NCBI GenBank assembly: GCA_040218735.1
Contig: JAVJQW010000008.1
Coordinates: 352,001 to 416,000 of the forward strand
Length of the DNA: 64,000 bases
From: Deltaproteobacteria bacterium
GTDB taxonomy: Bacteria > Myxococcota > Kuafuiibacteriia > Kuafuiibacteriales > Kuafuiibacteriaceae
Direction of reading: 5' to 3'
Shown: piece by piece, positions 16,001 through 25,800 of the stretch
How the letters are laid out: each line of letters starts with the position of its first letter
Numbering within the stretch: position 1 is the first letter of the stretch
The notes under the pieces: model-generated
The model's input: the letters and a program-made list of their open reading frames with translations, nothing else
Database searches by the model: none
What the model was told of the DNA's origin: nothing
Program-made: the position numbers and the translations under genes

Positions 16001-18951
16001 TCGAACCGCTGCCGCGTCGCCTCGATCGTTTCTGCGCCGTCGACCCGGCTCGTCATGCGCGTCAACTTACCTTGCGTGAGCTGACCCTCCGCGAGACCGA
16101 CGAAGTCGTCGCCGTCGTAGTGGTAGATGTCCTCCGCGAACTGACCGCTACCGTCCGCGACGCCGAAGCGACGCTCGCGCGCGATGGCGTTGATGAGCCA
16201 CCGGCCGTTGGTGTTCGTCACCGGGACGTAGGTGCGCTCGACGAACCGCTCGTCGCCCGTGCATTGGCTCCCGCAGGGCGCCCCGAAGTCACCCGCGGCG
16301 CGCTGGCAGGGCTCACACGAGCCGCCGCCGACCGAGACGACGCCGAGCTCCGACATCAGGGCGACGTTGCCGTACCCGTCGTAGCTCATCTGCGTCTGCG
16401 TGGTGACCCACTCGCTGGCCTCCGTACCTTCCTTGGTCACCGTCTCCGTGCTGACTTCGCAGGCGTAGCCGATCGGCCGCCGGCCGAGAGCGGCGAGTTG
16501 GGCGTTGGTGAGGACCTCGGCGACCGGGCACTCGGAGGCGTCGCCGTAGACGTGCGTCGTCTCGTCGACGATCGCACCGTCGGACTCGCGCTGCTCGAAG
16601 AGCTTTCGGCCGTTGAGGTGCGGGGCGTCGCGGCCCACGTCGAAGCGGGAGAGCACGCGGCCGTCGAGGCGCGTCTCGTCGCTGCCGAGGAGCTCGAGCA
16701 CCTCCGCGTAGCCGCGGAACTGACGCTCGACGCCGTCGTAGAACCCATCGCGGTAGCGGTAGTCCGTGACGTCGTGGACGTCCGTCAGGAGGTCGAACTC
16801 ATCGGTCTGCGACACCACCGTCATCGGGTAGGGCAGCGGGTGGATCCACGGCGAACCCTCCTCGGCGGAGAGCGCCATCTGCTGCACCGAAGGCTGATAC
16901 GCGATGTTCGTGACGCGGCCGATTCCGTTTTCGATACGCGTCAGCAGGTGTGAGCGAACCGGGAAGAGGTCGAGGTACTGCACGGACCCGTTGGAGCTGA
17001 CCCAGGTGATGTCGACCGAGCCGTTACCGTTCATGTCGGCGGCGAGGACCGTCGTCGTCGACTCACGGTTCGGGAGGCTCGTTCCGCCCGCTTCGGACAG
17101 GGTGCGGACCGCCTCGAAGGCCTCGCCGTTGCGGTTGAGGACGTAGCGGACGGTGTTGCCGCTCGCGACGATGATGTCGGCGAAGCCGTCGCTGTCGAGA
17201 TCCTCGACGAGCGCGAGGTCGACTTCACCGGCGCCGAAGGGGTGACTCAGCGTGGCGAACTGCGACGCGAAGCGCCCGCGGCCGAAGTTGATCTTGTAGC
17301 GGATCTGGTTCGCCTGGAGCTGGACGACGTCCAGTAGCCCGTCCCCGTTCATGTCGGTGAACTGGGTGTTCTCCGAGAACGCGATGCCGAGCGGCGAGAG
17401 GTCCCGACGCACGAAGTCGAAGTTCCCGTCGTTCTCGAAGACAAACGTCTCCGTCGCGGTGCTGCGGATGAGATCGATGTCCATGTCGTTGTCGTAGTCC
17501 ATGAACCGCAGTTCGGCGTCCGCGCCCGTCCACACGGCGGAGCCGGGGAGGTCTTCGAGGTCCGTCCAGTCGCCCGCGCCGCGGTTGACGAGGACGCGCT
17601 GGTCCGTGGTGCCGCCGGCGAGCAGGTCCGTGAACCCGTCGCCGTTGACGTCGAAGAACTGCACGCGCGGGTTACCCACCGCGAACGCCGAGACCTCGCC
17701 GATCGCCGACGTGGTCGGCGCCGCGAACGAGTGCTGGCCGTCCGACGTGAGCTGGTTGAGGAAGAAGCGGTGACGCGCCTGCGCGTTCGAGGCGTCGATC
17801 AGATCCGGCAGCGCGTCGCCGTTGATGTCGACGAGGTTCGCGGTGCCCGCCTGCAGGTCGATGCCGAGGCCCTCGTTGCCGACCATCGTGGTCAGGAACG
17901 GGAGGCCGCAGTCGACGTCTTCACACTGCGCGCCGAGGCCCCGCGAGTACCCGAAGCTGTGCACGATCGGGTAGAGCTCGTCGGTCGAGCCGAACGTCTC
18001 GATCTGGCGGAGGCGGCTGCGACGACCCGACACTGCGTCGCTCTCGTAGGTCAGCGCGTAACGACGCAGCTGACGACCGCGCGTGCGCACGGTGACGCCG
18101 GTGAGGCGCTGCGTGAGCCGCGCGTCGTAGCCGGGCTTGGCGTCGGACACTTCGTCGCTGCGCGCTTCGTATGCGAACTGCACGCGGTAGGTCGGCGTGC
18201 CGTCCGTGAAGACGTACCCGATCTCGGAGACGAGCGAGATCGCGCCGTCCTTCACGTAGTCGTAGCGCACGCGGTGACCGTAGACGTCCACCATCTCGAC
18301 GAGGTGGTACTTGAAGGTCCCCGCGTTCCCGGCTTCGACCGCGCTGGCGACGATGTCGCCGTTTGCGTCCGCACCGAAGAACCCGACGCGGCCGTCCGCG
18401 TACTCGACCTGCCAGTAGCCGCCGGCGCCGCCCGCGCGGTCGACCCACTTGTAGCGCGTGAAGTCCGACTCGAAGCGGTTGCGGTAGATCGCGGCCTCGG
18501 ACGCGCCGATGGTCTCGGACATCCGGACGAGCTCGTTGCCGCCGTCCGCGACGAAGCGATCGTCCTCGTCGTAGCGCGGCACGCCGCGCATCGTCATGCG
18601 CTCGATCGATGGGAGGGACATCATCCAACCCATCCCGAGCGTCGAGGAGCCGCCGCCCGAGCTGTAGGCGAACGACAGCTGGGGCGTCAGACCCGCGAAG
18701 CCCTCCGGAACCTGGACCGGCACCGAGTGCCGCATCAGCCCCATGTTGGGGTCGACGGTCACGTTCTCACCGACACCCTCGAGAGTGCCGGGACCCTCGG
18801 GGAGGCTCACGCGGTCGTCGGAGACGCCGGTGTCGAACGCCAGGGCGGCGGTCGGGTGGAGCGTCGTCATCAGTGCGAGCGCTCCGATCAGGGCGCCGAT
18901 ACGCCCGAGGGACGTTCGCCGTTTCGGGCGTCTGGGTTTGTTGGGATTCAT
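13027..18951 (-). CDS. TcB-TcC-like fusion: signal peptide, SpvB domain, FG-GAP propeller, TcdB-mid, RHS/YD repeats, RHS core and C-terminal cargo
   Basis: ATG at 18951 follows GAGGA. Signal peptide ...TAALA; SpvB motif PQLSFAYSSGGGSSTLGMGW; DINGD/DVNGDG/DMNGDG repeats; YRDGFYDGVERQFRGY; many YD repeats; core GYTGQE...SPDP...NNPGSFTDPSG. Confidence 0.88.
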   Translation of the reverse strand: MNPNKPRRPKRRTSLGRIGALIGALALMTTLHPTAALAFDTGVSDDRVSLPEGPGTLEGVGENVTVDPNMGLMRHSVPVQVPEGFAGLTPQLSFAYSSGGGSSTLGMGWMMSLPSIERMTMRGVPRYDEDDRFVADGGNELVRMSETIGASEAAIYRNRFESDFTRYKWVDRAGGAGGYWQVEYADGRVGFFGADANGDIVASAVEAGNAGTFKYHLVEMVDVYGHRVRYDYVKDGAISLVSEIGYVFTDGTPTYRVQFAYEARSDEVSDAKPGYDARLTQRLTGVTVRTRGRQLRRYALTYESDAVSGRRSRLRQIETFGSTDELYPIVHSFGYSRGLGAQCEDVDCGLPFLTTMVGNEGLGIDLQAGTANLVDINGDALPDLIDASNAQARHRFFLNQLTSDGQHSFAAPTTSAIGEVSAFAVGNPRVQFFDVNGDGFTDLLAGGTTDQRVLVNRGAGDWTDLEDLPGSAVWTGADAELRFMDYDNDMDIDLIRSTATETFVFENDGNFDFVRRDLSPLGIAFSENTQFTDMNGDGLLDVVQLQANQIRYKINFGRGRFASQFATLSHPFGAGEVDLALVEDLDSDGFADIIVASGNTVRYVLNRNGEAFEAVRTLSEAGGTSLPNRESTTTVLAADMNGNGSVDITWVSSNGSVQYLDLFPVRSHLLTRIENGIGRVTNIAYQPSVQQMALSAEEGSPWIHPLPYPMTVVSQTDEFDLLTDVHDVTDYRYRDGFYDGVERQFRGYAEVLELLGSDETRLDGRVLSRFDVGRDAPHLNGRKLFEQRESDGAIVDETTHVYGDASECPVAEVLTNAQLAALGRRPIGYACEVSTETVTKEGTEASEWVTTQTQMSYDGYGNVALMSELGVVSVGGGSCEPCQRAAGDFGAPCGSQCTGDERFVERTYVPVTNTNGRWLINAIARERRFGVADGSGQFAEDIYHYDGDDFVGLAEGQLTQGKLTRMTSRVDGAETIEATRQRFDVHGNAVETIDPNGTIGGADHRRVYTYDADGLRVVQTDLLNTSPDGTAYRLRRTFQHDDLFDKPVLASSWMRVEGDTAVTAADATAYTYDAFGRIASTLLPGGDTGASPSIEYTYELGNPTTRVITRRRSEVGGALDIESIACVDGRGRTYQTRKMVDAGEYVVDGFTRFNLRSEPIEVFQHYTSGSAECDVAPPASTRSRTFRYDGVGRMIEEKHEDQDVPGGASFSRRAYLPLRTVKLDGEDNDASSPHADTPEIETVDGLGRLVATERRLVGESAVTHLEYDALGFAAGYVDAMGHAKKQEHDALGRLVRVEDPNSGTTTFTYDDAGNMIGRVDARGIAVTYGFDGLNREIERFDAANRDGTLIATQYDFSSDCELSRCPNTSGHITARTYPGGADFFGYDVRRRPFLMTRVIEGQTYSVETRYDNANRTVERVFPDGRNLELAYDGASRVVGIPGVIDEVTYNDQGLQDELMHTNGVVEQTRYDSRLRLDGVSVASGSNTLQAIELRRDRSNNVVDLADSAAEAMMPPTTYGYDAWYRSTEIARGDRTDSMAFDLLDNVLAKSGAEYRYDARPGAPVAVGSASIAYDAAGNVVSANGFENTWDFQGRLVASVGPRDVRSVYGADHYRIARHDGDEVSHYVDADFEVHDGIGVVYVRIDRKRVARLESADFAATWLGTNGSVDAGGAYRARIDGVAGHERWLATVARKMLAEGRPDVVALHQDHLGSIVLATGDDGSVLGRRSFSDFGEVSAAAGHVDRYGYTGQEHEPHTGLVRFAHRYLSTQTGQWMSPDPAFTAVSEVRPERLPEAVARYSYVLNNPGSFTDPSGLLRMPSLRGIGSGMLSGARTFGRWVSAPFRGAARRIGNMRMPRLRIGRPRGNSLGSFDLIGDPGAGHFDDNALERLLRENGMDPATAGTINPRANPGATRPRVNQLRDSVSTVDSTDTRNTVRMDAHPPVTSYPAQSRLLSSSQYPSNVSLDFFYDEPAN

Positions 18952-18991
18952 CGTCTCTATTTCCTCTCGATTTCGAAGTGAGTTGCCGTGT

Positions 18992-21900
18992 TCAGTTGAA
19001 ATTGACTTGGTCGGCGAGTCCGGGCGCACCGGGGATCGCGCCATCCTGGCTTCCGCTGCCGCCGCCGGAGCCACCGAGGCCTGCGGTGAGTTGGTTGCCG
19101 GACAACGTGGCGTGGAAGGGATCCGAGGGATCCGCGTCGAACACCGCGACCGCGTAGCCGCCCTCGCCGCCGTTGCCGCGCGTGCCGCCGAGGCCGCCGT
19201 TGCCGCCGATGCCGCTGGCGATGACGTTGTTGGTCAGCGTCGGGGACACACCCGCCGCGAAGATCACGCCGAAGCTCGGACCACCGCCGCCGGCGCCGCC
19301 GCGACCGCCGGTGCCACCGTTGCCGCCGCGCCCGCCGTTACCGCCGCGCCCGGCATTGCCGTTCGTGCCCGATGCTCCGCCGCCGTTGCCGCCGTTGCCG
19401 CCGTTGCCGCCGTCGCCGCCACTTCCGCCGCCGCCGCCCGCACCGGACTGCACCACGTTGTCGGCAACGTCGGCGTTGCCGATCGCAGCGAGCCACAGGC
19501 CGATCGAAGCGCCGCCGCTGGCGGCGCCTTGACCGCCCTGACCGCCTTCGCCGCCTTCGCCGCCGCTGCCGCCGCGGCTGCCGTTGCGACCGAGGCCGTC
19601 CGCCTCGCCGCCGCCGCCGCCGCCACCGCCGGCGCCGTGTCCGCCGGTGCCGCCACGGTTGCCGTCGTTCCGCGCGAAGCCGGTGGTCGACGGGTTGCCG
19701 AAGCCGTTGCCGGCTGCGCCGGGGACGCCTCGGCCCCCCGCCTGCCCATCGTCGCCGCCCACGCCGTTGCGACCAGGTCCCGCGGGTCCACCCGCGCCGC
19801 CGCCGCCACCCGCCGCCGTTCCGCCGAGCGGATTCGCGCGCGACTCTCCGTCCGCGCCTCTGTCGCCGTTCTCGTTGGCGCGGGTGCCACCGCCGCCGCC
19901 GCCGCCGCCGTTGCCGCCGGGGCCGCCCGAACCGCCGCTGGAGCTGCTGGTGTTGCCGTTGTCGCCGCCCGAGCCGCTCGAGCCGGTCGAACCGTCGCGG
20001 CCCTGGCCGCCCGCGCCGACCGTGATCACGTTGTTGTGGACCCGCGCCGTCGCGAGCTGCACGAGCAGCGCGCCGTAGGCGTCCGCGGCGTTGCCGGTGC
20101 CGGGCCCGACGTCGCCCGTGTTGATGATGTTGTGCTCGAGGGCGAACAGCGCCGAGCCGTCACCCTGGGCGCGGACGCCGAAGACGTTCGACTCGGAGTG
20201 CGCGGAATCCTCCGTCACGATGTCGAAGCCGGAGAGCCAAGCGTTCTCGCTCACGTCGTCGAAGCGGAACCCAGCGTGGTCGGTGAGCACGGGCGTCTTG
20301 TTGTTGACGTAGTCACGCACCCAGTCGGTGTCGAAGCCGCCGTACACACTCGTCCCTGCGGGGATGTCGAGGCGGGCGCCGGTCTCGTCGTACGCGCCGG
20401 TGGAGCTCGTCATCACGTAGATGTCCTCGTTCGCCGTGGTGAGCATCGTGATGGCCCCACCGATGCTCGCGAAGGGGAGGACGCGGGTGCCGTCGCCCGA
20501 CTGATCGCTGCCGTTGTCGCGGTCGACGAAGTAGGCGGCGCTCGCGTCCTCGAGGATGTCGACGATGACCGTGTTCGGGGGGCTGAACTCTTCGTCGTCC
20601 GTCACCACGAGTGAGAACGCGAGGGTCTCGACGCCCGCGGGCGCCGTGAACGAGGCGTCCACGCCGGTCAGCGTGCCCTGACCGTTCGTCACGTCGGGGC
20701 CCATGATCTGGGTCCACGTGAAGTCCAGGGGATCGCCGTCCGGGTCGCTGCTGGCGCTTCCGTCGAGCGTGACCAGCGTTCCGATGGACGCGCTGAATCG
20801 AGGACCGGCGTTGGCCACCGGCGGCTCGTTGAACGAGCAGATGAGACGGCCGAAGTCTTCTTCCGACCCGCGACCCATCACGAACTGCGGGGCCTTGGTC
20901 TGCCCGGGGCAGGTCTCCGGCCACTCCGCGAACTCGTTGACGCAACCACCCTCGTAGTCGATGAGGTCTTCGTAGTCCGTGTACCCACGCGCCGCCCAGA
21001 CGACTCGGTCGACCGCCGCGTCGGCGGCCGATGAAGTCGTGACCTGCGTGCAGTCGAACTCACCGAGCTCGCCGCTGAGTAGGCAGTTGTTCACGTGCCA
21101 GCCCTGGGCGCTGTCGAGGCTCACGTCGCCGCGGTCGATCTCCTGCGGCGCGCGCACGCCGGTGTCGTTCTTCACCGTCACGCACGAGAACTGGCTGTAG
21201 TGGGTCATGCCGCGCCAGCCGGGGACCGCCTCGCCGCGGAAGTCACACACCGAGTGCGCGGGGACGTTCTCGCCGATGAGCGCGGGGGCCCACAGCGGCG
21301 GGAGCGGGCAGCTCCCGGACTGGGCGCTGCACTCGAACTGCGCGAAGTCGTTCCCGAGCGGCTGGCTCGACTGGTAGTCGGTCGGGCGTCGACGGTGGCA
21401 GCTTTGCCAGTACTGCGTGCTGGTCACCGGTCCGCGAATCGCGATCTCACCGGTGTCGCAACGGACGCGCTCCGAGATGACGAACTTATCTTCCTCGATC
21501 GCGCCGGTGTGCAGCTCGACGAAGTAACCCATGCGGTTGAAGAGCCGCTGGAACTGCTCCCCGCCCGAGAAGTCCTGCGACTCCTCGAAGTCCGCGAGGC
21601 CGTTGTCGTTGAGGTCGAGGTTCACGCCGCAGACCTTCGTCAGTGAGTTCACCTCCGACGGCTCGAACGCACGGCCGAGCTGAGGCATCGGCGCCGCGTC
21701 CGCGCCGCGGTCGTTCCGGTTGCTCTCGTACAGACGAAGCGTCGGACGGCTGCTACCGAGCTCGGCGAGCGTGATGTCGAGGCGCTGTCCGATCTCGTTC
21801 TCGAGCACGAAGCCGGTGATCTCGTTGACGTCGCAGCGGAGGTTGAGGAGGAGGCTGAAGTCGTCCACGGAAGCGCCGAACTCGACGGAGGCGTTGCTCA

Positions 21901-22804
21901 GCAGCTGGGCGACCTTGCCGTTCGTCCATCCGTCGCCGTCCATGTCGCACTCGAGCGAACGGCTGCCGGAGACCGCGGGGTCCCAGAAGAATCCGTCGTT
22001 GGTCTCACACACGCAGGAGCCGCTGCGGTCCGTCACCGGCCACACGGCGCCGGTCGTGCCCGCACCGACGGGGCACGCCGGGCAGCTGCGGCACGACCCC
22101 GCGCCGCGGTCCCAGGCCTCGCCGTCCGCGCACGGGCGGCTAGCGCACATCGGCGGATCGTTGTCCGCGAGCTGCAAGCAGAACTTCGTCGCGTCCGCGC
22201 AGGTGCCGTCTTCGAGGCACACGTCCGACGCCTCGCAGGCGTCCTGGCCGGCGACCGGCGCGAACCCGGTGGCGCAGTCACCGCACTGCGCGAGGCTGGT
22301 CGCGGTCGCGTCGACGCACACGCGGTTGTTCGCCTCGCAGTCGGCGGCGATGCTGTTCGCCGCGCCGACCTCGCAGGTCGGGGCGGCGACGCACAGGCCG
22401 GCATCCTCGAAGAAGCCGCTGACACAACCGCCGCAGCGCTCCGACGCCGCGTCGCAGGCGCGGTTCTGCGCCTCACACGTTCCGCAGTCGAACGTCTCCT
22501 CCGCTACACACGCTCCGGCTTCCTCTACGAAGCCTTCGGCGCACGCGCCGCACGTTCGCGCGGCGCAGTCGTTCGACGACTGACAGGTCCGGTTCTGCGC
22601 GTCGCAGTCCGCGCAGGAGACCGTCGACGGGTCGCACTCTGCCTCGCAGACCGCGGCGCCGTCGACGACGACGCACTGTTCGTTCGGGTCGCAACTCACA
22701 TCGGCGCACGGGTTGCCGAGTGGGTCGGGCGTTTCGCTCGAGCTGCAGGCAGAGCCCGCCACCATGCTCGCCAGGGCGAGCATCATCAGGTTGTATTTAC
22801 TCAT
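18992..22804 (-). CDS. Cys-rich lipoprotein adhesin (EGF-like repeats, PKD domain, DUF1565-like beta-helix with Gly-rich inserts)
   Basis: Lipobox AGSAC; Cys-rich repeats; NEPPVANAGP...LDGSASSDPDGD (PKD/K319L-like); YFVDRDNGSDQSGDGTRVLPFASI; GGxGGxG tracts. Confidence 0.78.
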   Translation of the reverse strand: MSKYNLMMLALASMVAGSACSSSETPDPLGNPCADVSCDPNEQCVVVDGAAVCEAECDPSTVSCADCDAQNRTCQSSNDCAARTCGACAEGFVEEAGACVAEETFDCGTCEAQNRACDAASERCGGCVSGFFEDAGLCVAAPTCEVGAANSIAADCEANNRVCVDATATSLAQCGDCATGFAPVAGQDACEASDVCLEDGTCADATKFCLQLADNDPPMCASRPCADGEAWDRGAGSCRSCPACPVGAGTTGAVWPVTDRSGSCVCETNDGFFWDPAVSGSRSLECDMDGDGWTNGKVAQLLSNASVEFGASVDDFSLLLNLRCDVNEITGFVLENEIGQRLDITLAELGSSRPTLRLYESNRNDRGADAAPMPQLGRAFEPSEVNSLTKVCGVNLDLNDNGLADFEESQDFSGGEQFQRLFNRMGYFVELHTGAIEEDKFVISERVRCDTGEIAIRGPVTSTQYWQSCHRRRPTDYQSSQPLGNDFAQFECSAQSGSCPLPPLWAPALIGENVPAHSVCDFRGEAVPGWRGMTHYSQFSCVTVKNDTGVRAPQEIDRGDVSLDSAQGWHVNNCLLSGELGEFDCTQVTTSSAADAAVDRVVWAARGYTDYEDLIDYEGGCVNEFAEWPETCPGQTKAPQFVMGRGSEEDFGRLICSFNEPPVANAGPRFSASIGTLVTLDGSASSDPDGDPLDFTWTQIMGPDVTNGQGTLTGVDASFTAPAGVETLAFSLVVTDDEEFSPPNTVIVDILEDASAAYFVDRDNGSDQSGDGTRVLPFASIGGAITMLTTANEDIYVMTSSTGAYDETGARLDIPAGTSVYGGFDTDWVRDYVNNKTPVLTDHAGFRFDDVSENAWLSGFDIVTEDSAHSESNVFGVRAQGDGSALFALEHNIINTGDVGPGTGNAADAYGALLVQLATARVHNNVITVGAGGQGRDGSTGSSGSGGDNGNTSSSSGGSGGPGGNGGGGGGGGTRANENGDRGADGESRANPLGGTAAGGGGGAGGPAGPGRNGVGGDDGQAGGRGVPGAAGNGFGNPSTTGFARNDGNRGGTGGHGAGGGGGGGGEADGLGRNGSRGGSGGEGGEGGQGGQGAASGGASIGLWLAAIGNADVADNVVQSGAGGGGGSGGDGGNGGNGGNGGGASGTNGNAGRGGNGGRGGNGGTGGRGGAGGGGPSFGVIFAAGVSPTLTNNVIASGIGGNGGLGGTRGNGGEGGYAVAVFDADPSDPFHATLSGNQLTAGLGGSGGGSGSQDGAIPGAPGLADQVNFN

Positions 22805-22814
22805 TTTCGTCCCC

Positions 22815-25800
22815 TTAGAGGTTCGTGAAATCGCTGTAGTAGAAGTAGAGGAAGATATCTGTGACCCCATCGAGCCCGAGGTCATCGTTGTCGGGCTCGT
22901 CGATCCGGTTGATCATGAGTTCCCAACGTGAGTTCACCAGCGGCCGCTCCGTGAACCGCGACGTCCGATAGATTTGCTGATCGAAGGGTTTGCTGCCGTT
23001 GACGAACGCATTGATGACGCCCGTCCGGGTGGGGAAGGTGTAGTACGCCATCCCGCCCGACAGCTCCCGAATCGCCGAGGTGCCCGACATGCGGAGGTAG
23101 ACCTTCGCGAGCGGGTCACCGACGCCCGAACCCACCAGCTCCGCTTCGATGAAGCTGATCTTGTGGTTGCTCGTGAGCGGCGACAGTTTGTCGAGGTCCA
23201 CGTTGAACGGCGCCGCGATGTAGCCGTTCTCGTCGAGCAGAGCGCCGCTCGTCAGGCGCTCGCGGAACATCGTGAAACGGTCCGCCTGGGAGAGCGGCTC
23301 GCCCGAGGCCTTCGTCTCCGGGATCCGGAGGATGTCGTCGCGCATCGAGAGCCGCAGCAGCCGCTGGTCGCGGACGCCGACGGTGTCCTCGAAGAAGCGG
23401 AACTCGTCCTCGAGCTCGCTCAGGTAGTTCTGCAGGTTGTAGTCCCCGCGTGCCACCATCCGCGTGAGGAACAGCTCCTCCTTCGGCGCGTAGCTCTGGC
23501 TCGTGTGGTACTCGAAGACGAGCGTCGCCTTGTAGACCTCACGGAGCGCCGACAGGAACGTCGTGTCCGCGTTGATGATCGCGTCGTTCTTGTAGATGCG
23601 GACGTTCGGGTTGTTGCGCGCGGCCTCGACGTTGATCGTCAGCTGCGTCATCTCTTCGAGCTCCGCCTCCACACGACGCGCCTGGTTACGGAGCTGCTCG
23701 ACCCGAGCGATCGACTGCTGGAGCTGGTAGCGCGCCTGCAGCGCTTCGAGCTCGAGCTCGGCGATGCGCAGGAGGATCGTCCGGATCCGTGCTTCGGCGT
23801 CGATCTGCACGAGCGAGGCGCCCTCCTCGGTGCAGAAGTCGTAGAAGATCGCCGCCTCCTGCGTCTGCGCCTTGCGGAGCTCCTCCTGCTGTTTGTTCAC
23901 CGCGATGCCGAGGCCGAGGATGCCGCCCTCGATGCCGACGATCGTGCCCGCGAGGACCGCACCGGCGATCCCGGCGCTGGCGCAGTCGGTGCCGTTCGAC
24001 GTACCCGCGATGACCAGGCACTTACCGAGCTGGGCCACCGTCTGCGCGAGCTGACTGGCGCGCTCGAGCTCGTGCTGAGCGAGGTTCAAGCGGTCGATGC
24101 GCCGCTGAATCGTGTTCTGCTCGTCGCGTGACTCGGTGAAGACCTGCCTCCAGCTGTCCTTCACTTCACACGTCGCGTCGATGCGGTCTTCCTCGATGCG
24201 CGCCTCCTCGGCGGTGTTCGAGAGCTGCGTCTGCACCTGCTGGATGCGCACGGCGGCGATGTCGACGTCGGCGAGCGCGTTGTGGATCGAGCCGTTGCCG
24301 ACGAGTCCGCACGGGTCACCGACGACGCGGGTGCGGGCGTCGAGGTACGCGTACTTGCGAATCGCAGGGAAGATGCGGCCTTCGGCTTCGAACGAACCGC
24401 AGATGTCGAGCAGCTGCGCTTCGTAGCTGTTCTCGACGCGGGTGAGCTCGTTCTGGAAGCTCGCGGCGTCCGTGTCGAAGCTGCGACCGCTGCTGATCGC
24501 GATGTCCTCCGCCGCGTTGGCGATCTGGATGCGAAGCAGGGCGCGGTTCGCCGCGACCTCGAACCCGGTGTCACGCCCGACCGACGCCTCGAGCGCGGGG
24601 AACGGGATGAAGTCCGCGGGGAAGCCGAAGAAGTCGACGTCCTCGCTGATGGCGTCGTAGCGCTGGCGCATGTCGCTCAGCGCCACGCGGTAGGTCGTCT
24701 GCGCCGTCTGGATGTCCTTCGCGATCTGCGCGATGTCCTGCGGCGCGCTGATCTCCACGATGTTCTGCATCAAGTGGGTGAAGATGACCGACTCCATGTA
24801 CGCCGCGACGTACCCACGCTCGATGGCGAGGCGCGCCAGCTCGGGGCGGCTGAAGTTCTGGTAGCGCGCCGCGATCTCACTCGCGATGCGGGCCTTCTGA
24901 GTCGACGCGCGGATGAGGTGCCCGATGTACGTCGAGACCGTCTGCTGGCCGATGATCTGATCCCCCGGCGCCGCTGAGAGGCTCCGGTCGATCAGCGAGA
25001 GCACCGAGAAGAACCGATCGAGGCTCCGCTGGTAGTACTGGCTCGCGGTGTACAGCTGCGTCATCTCGGCGCCGGCGACGCCCGACAGGTCGATGCCGCC
25101 CGGCTCGAGCTCGCTCCCGGGGAACGACGCGATGGCCAGCCCGGCGAGGTCGAAGCGCGACGAGAGCGCCTTCGTGTACGCGTCGTCGCCGAGCATGATG
25201 AGCAGCTCGATGTCGAGCGTCTCGAAGCCCGAGTGGTAGACCGTGGTGTTGGTCGTCGCGTCGAGCTCGCTGTCGAACGAGAAGTTCTGCGTCAGGTAGT
25301 CACGCAGCCGCGTGTACGCGCCGATGTTCTGCTGACGAATCTGCTGTCCCTGCTCGACGAAGAGCGTGAGCAGGCAGTCGACCCGCTTCTCGATGTGTTC
25401 GATCGCCTCGGCGTCGTAGCAGTAGGGGACGATGTCCGAGCTGCCGACGCAGAGCGCCGGAGTGAACCCGAGGTTCGTGCCCGCGCGGTTCTGGAAGCGC
25501 GTGCGGTAGCGGAACGCGTCGTCGACCGCGATGGGGAGGCTCGGGAGCGTCTCCACGCCCGGCTGGCGCCGGTAGAACCGCTTGTCGTTGCGGAGGTCGT
25601 GGCGGTCGTCGCTGCAGAACACCCGCGTGTCGTCGTCGCAGAGCCAGAAGGGGTCCTCCTGCTCGATGAGTCCGAGTCGGCGCCAGTTCTCGAGCGTGCG
25701 ACCGCAAGTCGCGTTGCTCTGGCAGGCGTGACCGTCGACGTCCGCCGGAGCCAGCGTGGTCTCCATCGTCGTGAAGAACCGGACGGTGCTCCCCGCGGGG

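Noticed and set aside
13660-16953. Long antisense ORFs (also 25233-27158, 46880-48685, 49184-51433, 57614-60370)
   Set aside because: Shadow frames expected from high GC3 opposite well-supported genes; no motifs.
19030-20020. PE-PGRS gene or DNA-level repeat element
   Set aside because: No PE domain; these are Gly-rich coding tracts inside a lipoprotein.
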